From a virus (Duplodnaviria > Caudoviricetes): 25,518 nucleotides of DNA. This document shows positions 8,095 through 18,000 of this stretch, piece after piece. The stretch covers positions 1 to 25,518 of IMG/VR virus record IMGVR_UViG_3300050196_000092; one strand, given 5' to 3'. Each line of letters opens with the position of its first letter. Within the stretch, counting starts at the first letter, position 1. The notes under the pieces are model-generated. The model worked only from the letters and a program-made list of their open reading frames with translations, searched no databases and was not told the origin of the DNA. A program made the position numbers and the translations under genes.

Positions 8095-9258
8095 ATGAGC
8101 CCTATACGGTTTAAATCACCGATTAAGAACCTCCTGGTAACCGATGAGGCTGGACGTGTGTCCAGCCACGTTGGTATCTATAACCATGGAGTCCCATATT
8201 CGAGCGACTCAAATGTTTTTACTGTAACCCCAACCTCTACTGGTGGTGGTGTATTTAAAGTAAAAATGAAGGTATCAGTCCCTATTGATAGCGATGCATT
8301 AACGAATACATCCATGTCATCGTCTGCAGTTGGATCTGGTGTAACATCTACATTTGCGATCCATACATCTAATCAGCAAGGTGCTAGTGGTGTTGATTTA
8401 GCCGGCGAAGTATTCACTACTGTTTCCACTCCTCACATCGATACAGATGGTTTATTGTACTTTTACGTGCAATTTTCTGGTCCAGCATTAGCTGTGCATG
8501 GTACAGTTGGTAACTCTTCATTCGGATCTATTTTGTCTGGTTCTTTACCAGGTAATGGTGGGATTGTTGTAAGTCTTCCTGATGCAAAAACGGTAAGGCT
8601 ACAAACTGCTGCTCAAACATCAGCATATAATGATGGGGACAAGGTTGCATTTGCAGCTCCCGGAACATATGGACCATATACTACATTCTACACCGTGGAC
8701 ACAGTAGATGGTACTGCTGGAACAGTATTATTTATTGAGGATTTGGGGCCTGAAGTAGTAGCGGGCAAAGCAGGATTTGTTGGATATCCAACCCTTGTAT
8801 TGTCATCACTTGTAGATGTGACTAATCTAACAATTGGTCAGGATGTATATATCTCGTCAACACAAGTATGTAGTGACTACAGTAAGCCATGCAAAGTACT
8901 TGGTGTAGATGCAGGTACACACTCCGTGTACTTAGATACATATTACAACCAGTCTTTGTTTTTCAAAAACCTTTTTGCTCTACCTCCATACACATTAGCT
9001 TTGACTAACGTGTCTGATGCCGCTAACTTTGTGGTTGGGTCTAGCTACATCCCCGCGCCATTTGGGACAACTTGGATTGGGAATGCAGATCATAATAGTC
9101 CCGCTGTTGTGTCCTCAGTAGACACAGAAGCTGGTACTGTCACGTTTGAAAGTTACAGTAACGTTGCTCAAGGGTTTACACTATTCAGAAATATCAGTGC
9201 TTACACTGCTCTAAGGCTTATTACAAGCTCCGCAGTCAACTACGTCAGGGGGATATAA
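8095..9258 (+). CDS. Capsid decoration / minor structural protein with three internal beta-domain repeats (387 aa)
   Basis: Very strong AAGGAGG RBS directly after capsid gene; repeats TVDTVDGTAGTVLF, KVLGVDAGTHSVYL, VVSSVDTEAGTVTF. Confidence 0.6.
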   Translation: MSPIRFKSPIKNLLVTDEAGRVSSHVGIYNHGVPYSSDSNVFTVTPTSTGGGVFKVKMKVSVPIDSDALTNTSMSSSAVGSGVTSTFAIHTSNQQGASGVDLAGEVFTTVSTPHIDTDGLLYFYVQFSGPALAVHGTVGNSSFGSILSGSLPGNGGIVVSLPDAKTVRLQTAAQTSAYNDGDKVAFAAPGTYGPYTTFYTVDTVDGTAGTVLFIEDLGPEVVAGKAGFVGYPTLVLSSLVDVTNLTIGQDVYISSTQVCSDYSKPCKVLGVDAGTHSVYLDTYYNQSLFFKNLFALPPYTLALTNVSDAANFVVGSSYIPAPFGTTWIGNADHNSPAVVSSVDTEAGTVTFESYSNVAQGFTLFRNISAYTALRLITSSAVNYVRGI

Positions 9259-10088
9259 TGGCTAATATTACTACATTGGCAACAACTAGGTTAGCTCATA
9301 CAACTCCAGGACTGCAGTATATTTGCGCTGGGTATAATCCAAATGGTGGTGTTAAGGGTTCGTTGCGGTATATGGTTATTGACCATCCTGCAACAGGAGT
9401 TTACCGTGCTAAGTTTAAAAACTTTATCGGCAATCCACTAAATCCAACGTCCATTACACAAGGCACTGTTGTAACTGACTACAGCAAGATTGTGGGTTTG
9501 GAAGTATCTATTGAGTATGCAAACTTAGGCGCTACTGGTTTAGCATCTAACTTATACCGTAGTATCTCCGTAAATGTTAATGATACAGATAATTGTATCT
9601 ATATTTATACTAGGGATACTGCAGGTAATGCAGCTAATATTTCATCTGGTGATGTGATCCAGATCGTACCTTATTTTACTAATGGTGTTACCAACTTTGG
9701 CAATACTATCTTAGGAAATAGTGGCGGTCCAATCACAACTGGTCGTGATATTACACTTGTAAATGTGTATATTGACACTACGGACATGGAAAATCCTACA
9801 TTGGTTAATGCTCCTGAAGGATCTACTGTAACTAACATTGGTCAAGATACATACCAGTTATTTATGCCTTACTCAACGGTGTATTCCTATGTTGTATTCG
9901 GTACTATTGCGGTTGCTAAAAACTCACCCGTATCTAGTGACGTATATTTCAACGGTGTATCAGGGTTAAATGCAGGTATAAATTACACTGTAGCAGTTAG
10001 ATCTAACCATGGTCTTACGACTGCAGGAACTTACAAGGGTATTTATGCATCGTTTGCTCTATCAAACTCTGAAACTGTAATTCTGTAG
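9258..10088 (+). CDS. Beta-rich minor structural protein (276 aa)
   Basis: TAATG overlap, AGGGGG RBS; two related motifs VIDHPATGVYRAKF and VTNIGQDTYQLF; G/T/N-rich. Confidence 0.55.
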   Translation: MANITTLATTRLAHTTPGLQYICAGYNPNGGVKGSLRYMVIDHPATGVYRAKFKNFIGNPLNPTSITQGTVVTDYSKIVGLEVSIEYANLGATGLASNLYRSISVNVNDTDNCIYIYTRDTAGNAANISSGDVIQIVPYFTNGVTNFGNTILGNSGGPITTGRDITLVNVYIDTTDMENPTLVNAPEGSTVTNIGQDTYQLFMPYSTVYSYVVFGTIAVAKNSPVSSDVYFNGVSGLNAGINYTVAVRSNHGLTTAGTYKGIYASFALSNSETVIL

Positions 10089-10097
10089 GGGTGGTTA

Positions 10098-10784
10098 ATG
10101 GATGAAGTGACACTTGGCGATATTAGAACTAGAGCTATTATTTATTCTAATATCAAAACTATTTCTGTCGACGAGTGGAACTTGCACATTAATGATGCTG
10201 TGCAACAGTATTGGAATCTGATAAACAGATGCCAGCCAGATTATAACCTGACATCATCGTACATAATCACAAGCAACGGAGAATCACAGTACCCGTTGCC
10301 TACTGATTGTCTACAGGTTCGTGGTGTATCTTGTCATATGGATAATGACCCTACTCCCAACTCTGCACAGGCTTGGTCATTAAGACCTTATACTTTTACA
10401 GAGCGAGATAAGTATAGGAATACAGTTGTTTGGTCTGGCAATTATGGTCGTCCTAACGTATCATACAGGGTCTGGGATGGTGTATCTTTAGTATTTACGC
10501 CTGTACCATGCTCGTCTTTGATGTATGTGATATACTATATTCCGGTGCCTCCTAAGCTTGTAAACGACTCAGACACGTTAAATGGTATTGCTGGTTTAGA
10601 TGTTTACATCTCATCAGTAGCCGCAAAAACTGTTTTAGATGCAAGAGGGACTCCTAATGTGTCTCTGGATGCTAAAATTTCAGAATTCGTAGACTACATG
10701 AAGCAAATTGCCAACACACATAACGGAGATGAGGCTCAAAGAATTGAAGATGTATCCTTTAAAAACATGAACATTTGGACATAA
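10098..10784 (+). CDS. Head-to-tail adaptor protein (228 aa)
   Basis: VTLGDIRTRA..DEWNLHINDAVQQYWNLI helical N-terminus, GESQYPLPTDCLQVRGV, FTPVP..IYYIPVP..L pattern typical of podovirus adaptors; synteny. Confidence 0.75.
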   Translation: MDEVTLGDIRTRAIIYSNIKTISVDEWNLHINDAVQQYWNLINRCQPDYNLTSSYIITSNGESQYPLPTDCLQVRGVSCHMDNDPTPNSAQAWSLRPYTFTERDKYRNTVVWSGNYGRPNVSYRVWDGVSLVFTPVPCSSLMYVIYYIPVPPKLVNDSDTLNGIAGLDVYISSVAAKTVLDARGTPNVSLDAKISEFVDYMKQIANTHNGDEAQRIEDVSFKNMNIWT

Positions 10785-10786
10785 AT

Positions 10787-11341
10787 ATGGCAAACATTAA
10801 TTATCCGTCGTCTGGCCAAGGTTATTCTGCGGATAAAAGTGTTTTGCAGAATTCGATTAACAGCCAAGACTATATTACGACACAAATACAAACGAATAGT
10901 AAAACAGCTTTAGACCAGGTCTCATTAAGGATTAAGAGCCTATCTAAAAGCACGTGTTGCTTATACTTTACAAAGACACAGAACCCTGGGGGCGGTGTTA
11001 TTGAGTTTGATGCATCCATATCAGACACTTACAAATCTTTTAAAGGTAAAGGGGTTATACAATTAGTATCAACAGGGCCTTTATACATACATGGGATATT
11101 AAACTTTAAGAACACACTAGGTGCTTCTCAAAATGCAAAGATATTTGTACAGGTAAACGGGCAAAACTATGGTAGAATTTTTTATAAAAACATGGTCATA
11201 AATGAGACTGACAGTACAGGCTTTAACGTATTCTATAATGGTAAAAAAGGTGATAAGATAAATCTAGCATCTTCTGCAGGTTTAACATTTGATTCGTCAG
11301 ATGGTATTGCTTCAAATCAACTTTTTGTGATGTGGCTATGA
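10787..11341 (+). CDS. Short fibre with N-terminal helix and C1q/TNF-like head (about 184 aa)
   Basis: IEFD...F..G.I.....G.LYIHG...VQVNG....STG......KKGDKINL follows the gC1q jelly-roll pattern; ATG 10787 two nt after adaptor stop. Confidence 0.55.
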   Translation: MANINYPSSGQGYSADKSVLQNSINSQDYITTQIQTNSKTALDQVSLRIKSLSKSTCCLYFTKTQNPGGGVIEFDASISDTYKSFKGKGVIQLVSTGPLYIHGILNFKNTLGASQNAKIFVQVNGQNYGRIFYKNMVINETDSTGFNVFYNGKKGDKINLASSAGLTFDSSDGIASNQLFVMWL

Positions 11342-12555
11342 CAACTACTACACCTTACATGTCTTTAACAATACCTGACAATGGATCAGCCAGAACTATT
11401 GGTACATATGGTCAAGATTGGGCATTATACGTCAATGAAGACTTTATTGATATTGATGTTCATGATCATTCCATAGGTAATGGTAACCAAATTCCAGTAT
11501 CCGCTATTAAATTTGATTACTTAAATACAAATTCGTTCAATTTGACAAGTGTTGGTTACGTTAATTATAATCCTGTTACTGATCCATCAAGCGTGGGTAA
11601 TAACAGTATTTTTGTATCTGGTGTGGATTTATACTTCAAGAACGCGGCTAGTAACATCATCCGTATCACAGAAGATGGTGGATTGCCTACAGTAGGGGAT
11701 GCAGGTTTCTATGGCGATTACGGAGACGATGGATCGACTGCTGCTTTTTTTGGTGATATTCCTGCTTTTAATTTTTATGGACTAAACAGCGCAGACTTTG
11801 CAGAGATTAGTTGTAAGTCAACGCAATCTATTAACGTATCACCAGGGGCATTCACTGGTTTTTTAAACGGTACAGCAGATGGTGTATTTACAAGTGCTGC
11901 TAATAGTATGGCAGATAGACTTACTGGAGGCCTTATAAAGGCTGTATCTGATCCTACGACTATAAATACAGATTCATATCCTTTTTTCCCTTATCGTGAT
12001 TCAAAATCTTGTTCTTCTTTATTCTCGACACCATATAGCCCTACTAATTCAGTTACATTTCCGTATATAACGTATTTGAATAGTTCAAAAAAAGGTTTTT
12101 CTGGAGGGATTGATTTAGGGTATAACTGGATTTCAGATCAGAATAAGAATTCTGGTAAATTATCTACGTATGTCGAAGTGGATTTTGTAGAAACAGTGTG
12201 TGATCGTGATGGAAACCCAGGGGATGGATGGGTTATAACTACATTGAGTGGTGCAAATGGGTCACTTATAACTCCTGCATTTCAAAAAGAATTTACGATT
12301 TATGAGGATACACCTAATGCAAACGGTACAGGTAAATTTGCATTAAAGCGTGGTTTTTTTCTTAATATGAATTTGAATGCACATCCGGATATAGTTGGTT
12401 TCCCTAGTGTACAAGTTATAGAGACAAATTATGGTGACCATAAGCTAATGACTGTTAGTGTTACTGGTAATTATTGTAACAGTGCAGGAAATGTAATCTA
12501 CACTGATTATGGTATCCAAATTTCATGCTGGTCGATGAGGGCTAAGTATCTATGA
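11338..12555 (+). CDS. Tail fibre paralogue 1 (about 405 aa)
   Basis: ATGA overlap; N-terminal TTPYMSLTIP..DWA..VN..F..IDVHDHS.GNG and DLYF..IRIT..GFYGDY shared with the next two genes. Confidence 0.7.
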   Translation: MTTTTPYMSLTIPDNGSARTIGTYGQDWALYVNEDFIDIDVHDHSIGNGNQIPVSAIKFDYLNTNSFNLTSVGYVNYNPVTDPSSVGNNSIFVSGVDLYFKNAASNIIRITEDGGLPTVGDAGFYGDYGDDGSTAAFFGDIPAFNFYGLNSADFAEISCKSTQSINVSPGAFTGFLNGTADGVFTSAANSMADRLTGGLIKAVSDPTTINTDSYPFFPYRDSKSCSSLFSTPYSPTNSVTFPYITYLNSSKKGFSGGIDLGYNWISDQNKNSGKLSTYVEVDFVETVCDRDGNPGDGWVITTLSGANGSLITPAFQKEFTIYEDTPNANGTGKFALKRGFFLNMNLNAHPDIVGFPSVQVIETNYGDHKLMTVSVTGNYCNSAGNVIYTDYGIQISCWSMRAKYL

Positions 12556-13763
12556 CTACGACACCTAACATGAGTTTAAATATAGTTGATCAATCTACTA
12601 ATGAGTATGATTGGGCGGCTAAAATTAATAGCAATCTTATATTAGTTGATTCACATGACCATTCTCCTGGAAAAGGTGTACAAGTATCATCTTCTTACAT
12701 TAACTTTTTGTCAGATGCTAAAGTAAATGGAAATATAACGAATGCTGGATTTACTCAATTTGTTAATACAACTGTACGTGGGTTCTCATCTTCAATCGCT
12801 GACTCATTTGCCGTTTCTGGTGGGGATTTATACTTTGTCGATAATTCTCGTAGGGTCGTGCAGTTAACATCAGGTGACAGTATCTACTACCCATCAGGAA
12901 CTGGTAACACAGGGTTTGGTGGTGATTATGTTGTATCTGGGGCAGAAGTTATATATACATCAGGGAATCAGACATATACTTTTACGACTGATGGTACTAC
13001 ATTAGCATCTGTTTATTCTAATACAATATCACCTTCTACATACAATACTGGAAGTAATTTTTTAACTTTTACAAGCAGCGCAAGTATCCAGACTGATATT
13101 TCAAATATAGATTTCAATATCCCAACTGGATCAAATCCTTATGCTGCACAGATTCAAAAATTAAGTTCAACTAGCTTTAAATGGACAAATGTAGATGTCT
13201 TATGCCTACGAGTAACAGACTCTTCATTTCCTTATCAAGACTACTTTTTACAATATGATAATATAAATGTAGCAAGTTTAGTGTCTGATAATATGGTGTT
13301 ATACTTTGACTATAATTTATTCTATACATATATCTTAGAACCAAATGGTTCAGATCCCGATGTAGATGTCTATTCATCCTTTTACAAAGGGTTAGGATTT
13401 GTAAATAATCAAACACGTAGTGCTCCATTAACATTTAGTGCAACATCTCTAGCGAATGAACAAATAGGTGGAAGTATATCACCTCAAAAATATACATCAG
13501 CTTGTGTAAGGGATGCTTTTATTTCACACCCATGTGGTCCAATTGGGGTCCCCATATACACTGTTGATTTTGCTTACTCGACACCAATTTCAAATGTTTT
13601 AAATTCAGTGCAAGTTTCGGATAGTACAGGATTATCTTGCAACAGGACGATAAGTAACGTAACTTTGTCAGGTAATGGATTATTTAACAGCTCTAATCAA
13701 GAGGATAATGTTATTGTATTGATTGAAAAATCATACGTTGTATCAGGAGCTGTTATACCATGA
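12552..13763 (+). CDS. Tail fibre paralogue 2 (403 aa)
   Basis: ATGA overlap; TTPNMSLNI..DWAAKINSNL..VDSHDHSPGKG and DLYF..VQLT..GFGGDY. Confidence 0.7.
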   Translation: MTTTPNMSLNIVDQSTNEYDWAAKINSNLILVDSHDHSPGKGVQVSSSYINFLSDAKVNGNITNAGFTQFVNTTVRGFSSSIADSFAVSGGDLYFVDNSRRVVQLTSGDSIYYPSGTGNTGFGGDYVVSGAEVIYTSGNQTYTFTTDGTTLASVYSNTISPSTYNTGSNFLTFTSSASIQTDISNIDFNIPTGSNPYAAQIQKLSSTSFKWTNVDVLCLRVTDSSFPYQDYFLQYDNINVASLVSDNMVLYFDYNLFYTYILEPNGSDPDVDVYSSFYKGLGFVNNQTRSAPLTFSATSLANEQIGGSISPQKYTSACVRDAFISHPCGPIGVPIYTVDFAYSTPISNVLNSVQVSDSTGLSCNRTISNVTLSGNGLFNSSNQEDNVIVLIEKSYVVSGAVIP

Positions 13764-15055
13764 CGACACATACACCATTTATAGATTTGATTATACCTAC
13801 TGTCGGGACATCTATAACATACGTTGCTGATTACAACTCTAACTGGGAAAAAATAGATGGCCATAATCATGCTACAACTGGAAATGCCCTATCTCAGTCG
13901 TCAATTGATTGGTTTGGAATACCTTTAGATGGGGCTCCAGTTTCAGATATTGGTCTATTATCTATAACGGAATCAACCCCAGTAAATGGATCATTATATG
14001 TAAGCACATCTAATAATGACCTATATTATCAGGACTATAATGGCGCAGATATTCGCTTAACACAAAATGGACAGATCAGTTTAGTGGGTTCCTATAATGG
14101 TTTCTACGGTAACCTATCCTATTACAATGCTGGGTGTGTGTATTCCTCCAGCTCTTCTACTTATACCTTTAACTCCACAGGTGATACAGAAGTCGTTTGT
14201 AATACACTTACTGTGACTGAAGATAGTACTACAAATAATTTTTATATAACCGGTCCTATTACTATTGATGGACAGGAGCATATGTATTATGACCCAACAT
14301 TTTCTGATTCATTTGATATACAAGGCGGGTTTACAACATTATTAATTGATGAGAATGGGCAGGCTAGGGCTTGCGGCCATGACGCGTCTAATATAGATCA
14401 GACAAGAACGCCATATACAGTATTATCCAATACCACGCACAATAGTAAATTTTACGGTCTATATGCTTATGGGACAGGTCAGTCTTCCTTATTAGATACA
14501 AACAGGAATCCACTCCCTATAGGTAATCTTAGTAATTCAAAAGGTGTTTCAGGAGCTATAAAGGTAGAAAGGGAAGCCCTTTCGCCATATAATGTTATTA
14601 GAAGTTTTACAAATGTAAAAAATTCATATGTAAATAATACACAACAGCCTATTAGGTTGCAATTTATTGTATCAGGTACATCAAATACAAAACGTGGGAC
14701 TGTAGGAGGATTCAACTCACCACTTTTCTACAATCCGCCAGGTACAATAAGTTTTTCAGTAAGATTAAGCGGACAGAATGGATCAGGTGGCTCAACATAT
14801 TATCCGTTTGTATACGCATCTGACTATCAAGTCATTTACACACCAACGACTAACCCTAATGACCAAATTAGGAACTATACTGTTTCTTCTAGTTATTCTA
14901 CAGTTGTTCAAGATTTAACTGGCCCATGTCAGTCATTTCCGATTTTTTATGCGGGTATAGTTGCGTGTAACCAGAATGGTGATTTTTTAAGTCCTAGTAA
15001 TGTACAATTACTAGTAACACTTTGGGTTGTTTGGCTATCAGGGAGCGACAGTTGA
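13760..15055 (+). CDS. Tail fibre paralogue 3 (431 aa)
   Basis: ATGA overlap with AGGAG RBS; TPFIDLIIP..YNSNWEKIDGHNHATTG and DLYY..IRLT..GFYGNL. Confidence 0.7.
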   Translation: MTTHTPFIDLIIPTVGTSITYVADYNSNWEKIDGHNHATTGNALSQSSIDWFGIPLDGAPVSDIGLLSITESTPVNGSLYVSTSNNDLYYQDYNGADIRLTQNGQISLVGSYNGFYGNLSYYNAGCVYSSSSSTYTFNSTGDTEVVCNTLTVTEDSTTNNFYITGPITIDGQEHMYYDPTFSDSFDIQGGFTTLLIDENGQARACGHDASNIDQTRTPYTVLSNTTHNSKFYGLYAYGTGQSSLLDTNRNPLPIGNLSNSKGVSGAIKVEREALSPYNVIRSFTNVKNSYVNNTQQPIRLQFIVSGTSNTKRGTVGGFNSPLFYNPPGTISFSVRLSGQNGSGGSTYYPFVYASDYQVIYTPTTNPNDQIRNYTVSSSYSTVVQDLTGPCQSFPIFYAGIVACNQNGDFLSPSNVQLLVTLWVVWLSGSDS

Positions 15056-18000
15056 TGAATAATTTAGTAACGCAGAACTACTCTGGTAACATATTCAACG
15101 CAAACTTCGTGTATAACACGGGTATTGATACAAAGACAAACCCAATATTAGTATCTAAGAATTCACTACTTGTCCTAAATGGAGAGGTTCATAACGAGAG
15201 CCTACGTAAGGTAACTGGTTCTGACAGACTAGGTGACTCATCCATCAATGCCCCAACAACGGATCAGAATATCTTTACGTACTCTAAGAGCTTATACAAA
15301 GTTCAGGATAGCAATATCTATAGGTACAGATCTAACTATAATACATTTTCGTCAGTTGGGGTGTCCAGAACATTGGTATCATCTTCTTACACAGCTGAAT
15401 CAAATATTGATGAGATCAATACTATCCCAATTATATCTGCTGTATACGGGAGCTACTTTAGTTATATTAGATTTGATCCTGTCAGTAACTATTATGTATT
15501 AAGCATTTTCAATGTAGATGATAATGTACTAGATTACCAAGACACTAAGTTCTTGGCTTCGTCATCTGGCTCCGTTGTTGAGATGGTTGGTACGCCTAAT
15601 GGGGTTGCCATCTATACTGCAAGTGTAGGATCAGGATCGAACTTATCCGAGACAATCGTTAATTTTAGTAATTTTAACTATCAAATATCTAATAACATTG
15701 AAACGGATTTGTTTTTATACGTCCCATCCGTTGACCCATATTACAAATACTCATACCCATCAGTGTCAGGAAAGTTTGCAAATGGCCTAATCTTTTTGCT
15801 ATACAGGACAGGTGTGTCCACAAATTGTGTTGGTAAGATGATTGTTAGAAACCTGTATGGCACAACAACATTTACTAATTCAACTCTTGGTGCACCTGTT
15901 GATTTAACTGGCGTACAAGGTTTTGCTAACCTTGGTGCTTATTCCATAACTGAGAGTACTTTGCCATATGTGCTCTTTATGTTTGGATTAAATTTTTATA
16001 TAGTAAATACGGGATCTTTCTCCGTACGGCCTCCTTTCAGCTACACGACAGCCCCAGGGTATACATCCGGTGCGGAGATTTTTTCCACATTTAACGTTGG
16101 TATTCTTCAAGATACGAATGAATTTGTATTCCTAAAATATAATCCACAGCAAACACTAACTGAGGGCACACAAGTCTGCCCATTCATTAATAAATATAAT
16201 TACAAAACGAACACATGGACACTATACACAAATACTTGTGACCCTAGGTATAATGATGGTAAGTTCTGGTCTGTACCAGGTGCCTGTAGTTTAGCAGGTG
16301 GTGTAGTTGGTTTAAACTCCATTGCGTACTTTGCCGTAGCTATTTTCTCTTACATTTTTGAAGAGGCAGATGGAGCTATTGTAGCCAGCACTCCAGTGGA
16401 TCAAAGGCGTTGCACAGTATATCTAGTAGATTCAGATTACAACGTAGTAGAGGCATTGTATTCATATGATGTTGAGCTTTATTCTAACTACGACTCAGGT
16501 TTGAGTGCATATACATATTCCTACATCCCTAGTGTTCCTCGGATGAAGGTAAATGCTGTAGAGAACTCTGATGTTAGTGTGATTTATCCTTTATTCATTG
16601 CACAAACTATCAATGATGAACAGGATAATACATTTGATTACACGACTACTGTGAAGCTAATCAAGTTTTCCTCTGTAGCGCCTACAACATTTTTCAGCGT
16701 AGAATTTAATAAATCAGCTTATTTTGGTAACTCAAGATTAATTGAATTATCCAATAACACCATTAGTGAGCAAAGCTTTTTTGATTTTCCACAAATCCAA
16801 GTCATTAATGACGATACGAGTGGTGACATGACAGCTGGTGGTACATACGCGTATCAAGCAATATATCAATGGGTCAATGGAGAGGGTGAAATAGTATGGT
16901 CGGCACCATCGATTTCTCAAAGTGTCGCAGATATTACGGGCACATCCATGAAAATATACTTTACTCCAGCACCATTTTTTACCCAAAAGCCTGGCGCACA
17001 ATTAAAATTATATCGAACTATAAACGCAGGAGTTTTATATCAACTAGTATACACCGTAGCATTAGACACGCTACCCGTGGGAGGAAACTGGTACTATGTC
17101 GATACAATGTCCGATGATGACCTTGAAGATAATGAAATAATTTACACATCTGGTGGCGTGTTGGGCAGCTTCCCCTTCCCGTCATCGGCGGGTTTTGTCG
17201 AGAGTAATGGAAGAATCTGGAGTATCTCCAGGGATGATACAACAACGGTTTATTATTCCTTGCCAGAAAGACCTTCTGTTGCTCTTGGCTTTAACCCTAG
17301 TTTAGCAGTAAAAGCACCCGCTACAGGTGGGGATGTTGTATGTATGGGTAACTTGGATGAGAAGTTAATCCTATTTAAAAAAGATTCTATCTACGTTGTA
17401 GCCGGAAACCCAGCTAATGCTTTAAACCAAAACTCAACACTATCTTTGCCTACACTAGTCAATAGCCCAGTTGGTTGTATCACTCCTAAAAGTGTTGTTA
17501 CAACGCCTGTTGGTTTAATGTTCCAATCCAATAAAGGTATTTATCTACTTGATAGGTCCTTAACCGTATCTTACATTGGAGCTAGAGTAGAGGCCTATAA
17601 TAACTACACCATTACATCAGCGACACTCCTACATGAGGACAATAAAGTTAAGTTTTCTTGTCTTGAAGGTCCTGTTATTGTATATGATTATTACTATAAT
17701 GAATGGACTGTTGAGACAGATCTTTATTACACATCTACTGTATTATTCCAGGATAAATATACAGGTTTAAATCTTGCTGGTGAAGTGTATCAAGCTAATC
17801 CAAACGTGTACAAACGTGATGGTGATAACTATAAGTTCTTGGTGCAGATGCCTTGGCAAAAACCGTATGGAGTTCAAGGTGAATACTTTATTAAAGATAT
17901 ATTATTTTTGGGTGTATACTCCGGTCAACATATTTTAAGAGTTGACTTGTTATACAACTACATAGATATCCCACAGCAAACTATTTATATATATCCTAAT

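Noticed and set aside
8060-8100. Frameshift or read-through extending the capsid protein into the next gene (T7 10A/10B style)
   Set aside because: Clean TAA stop, no convincing slippery heptamer, and the next gene has its own strong AAGGAGG RBS
11338-15055. Diversity-generating retroelement or invertase shuffling of the fibre paralogues
   Set aside because: No reverse transcriptase or recombinase in the window, no near-identical ~100-nt template/variable repeat pair or inverted crossover sites seen; similarity is protein-level only
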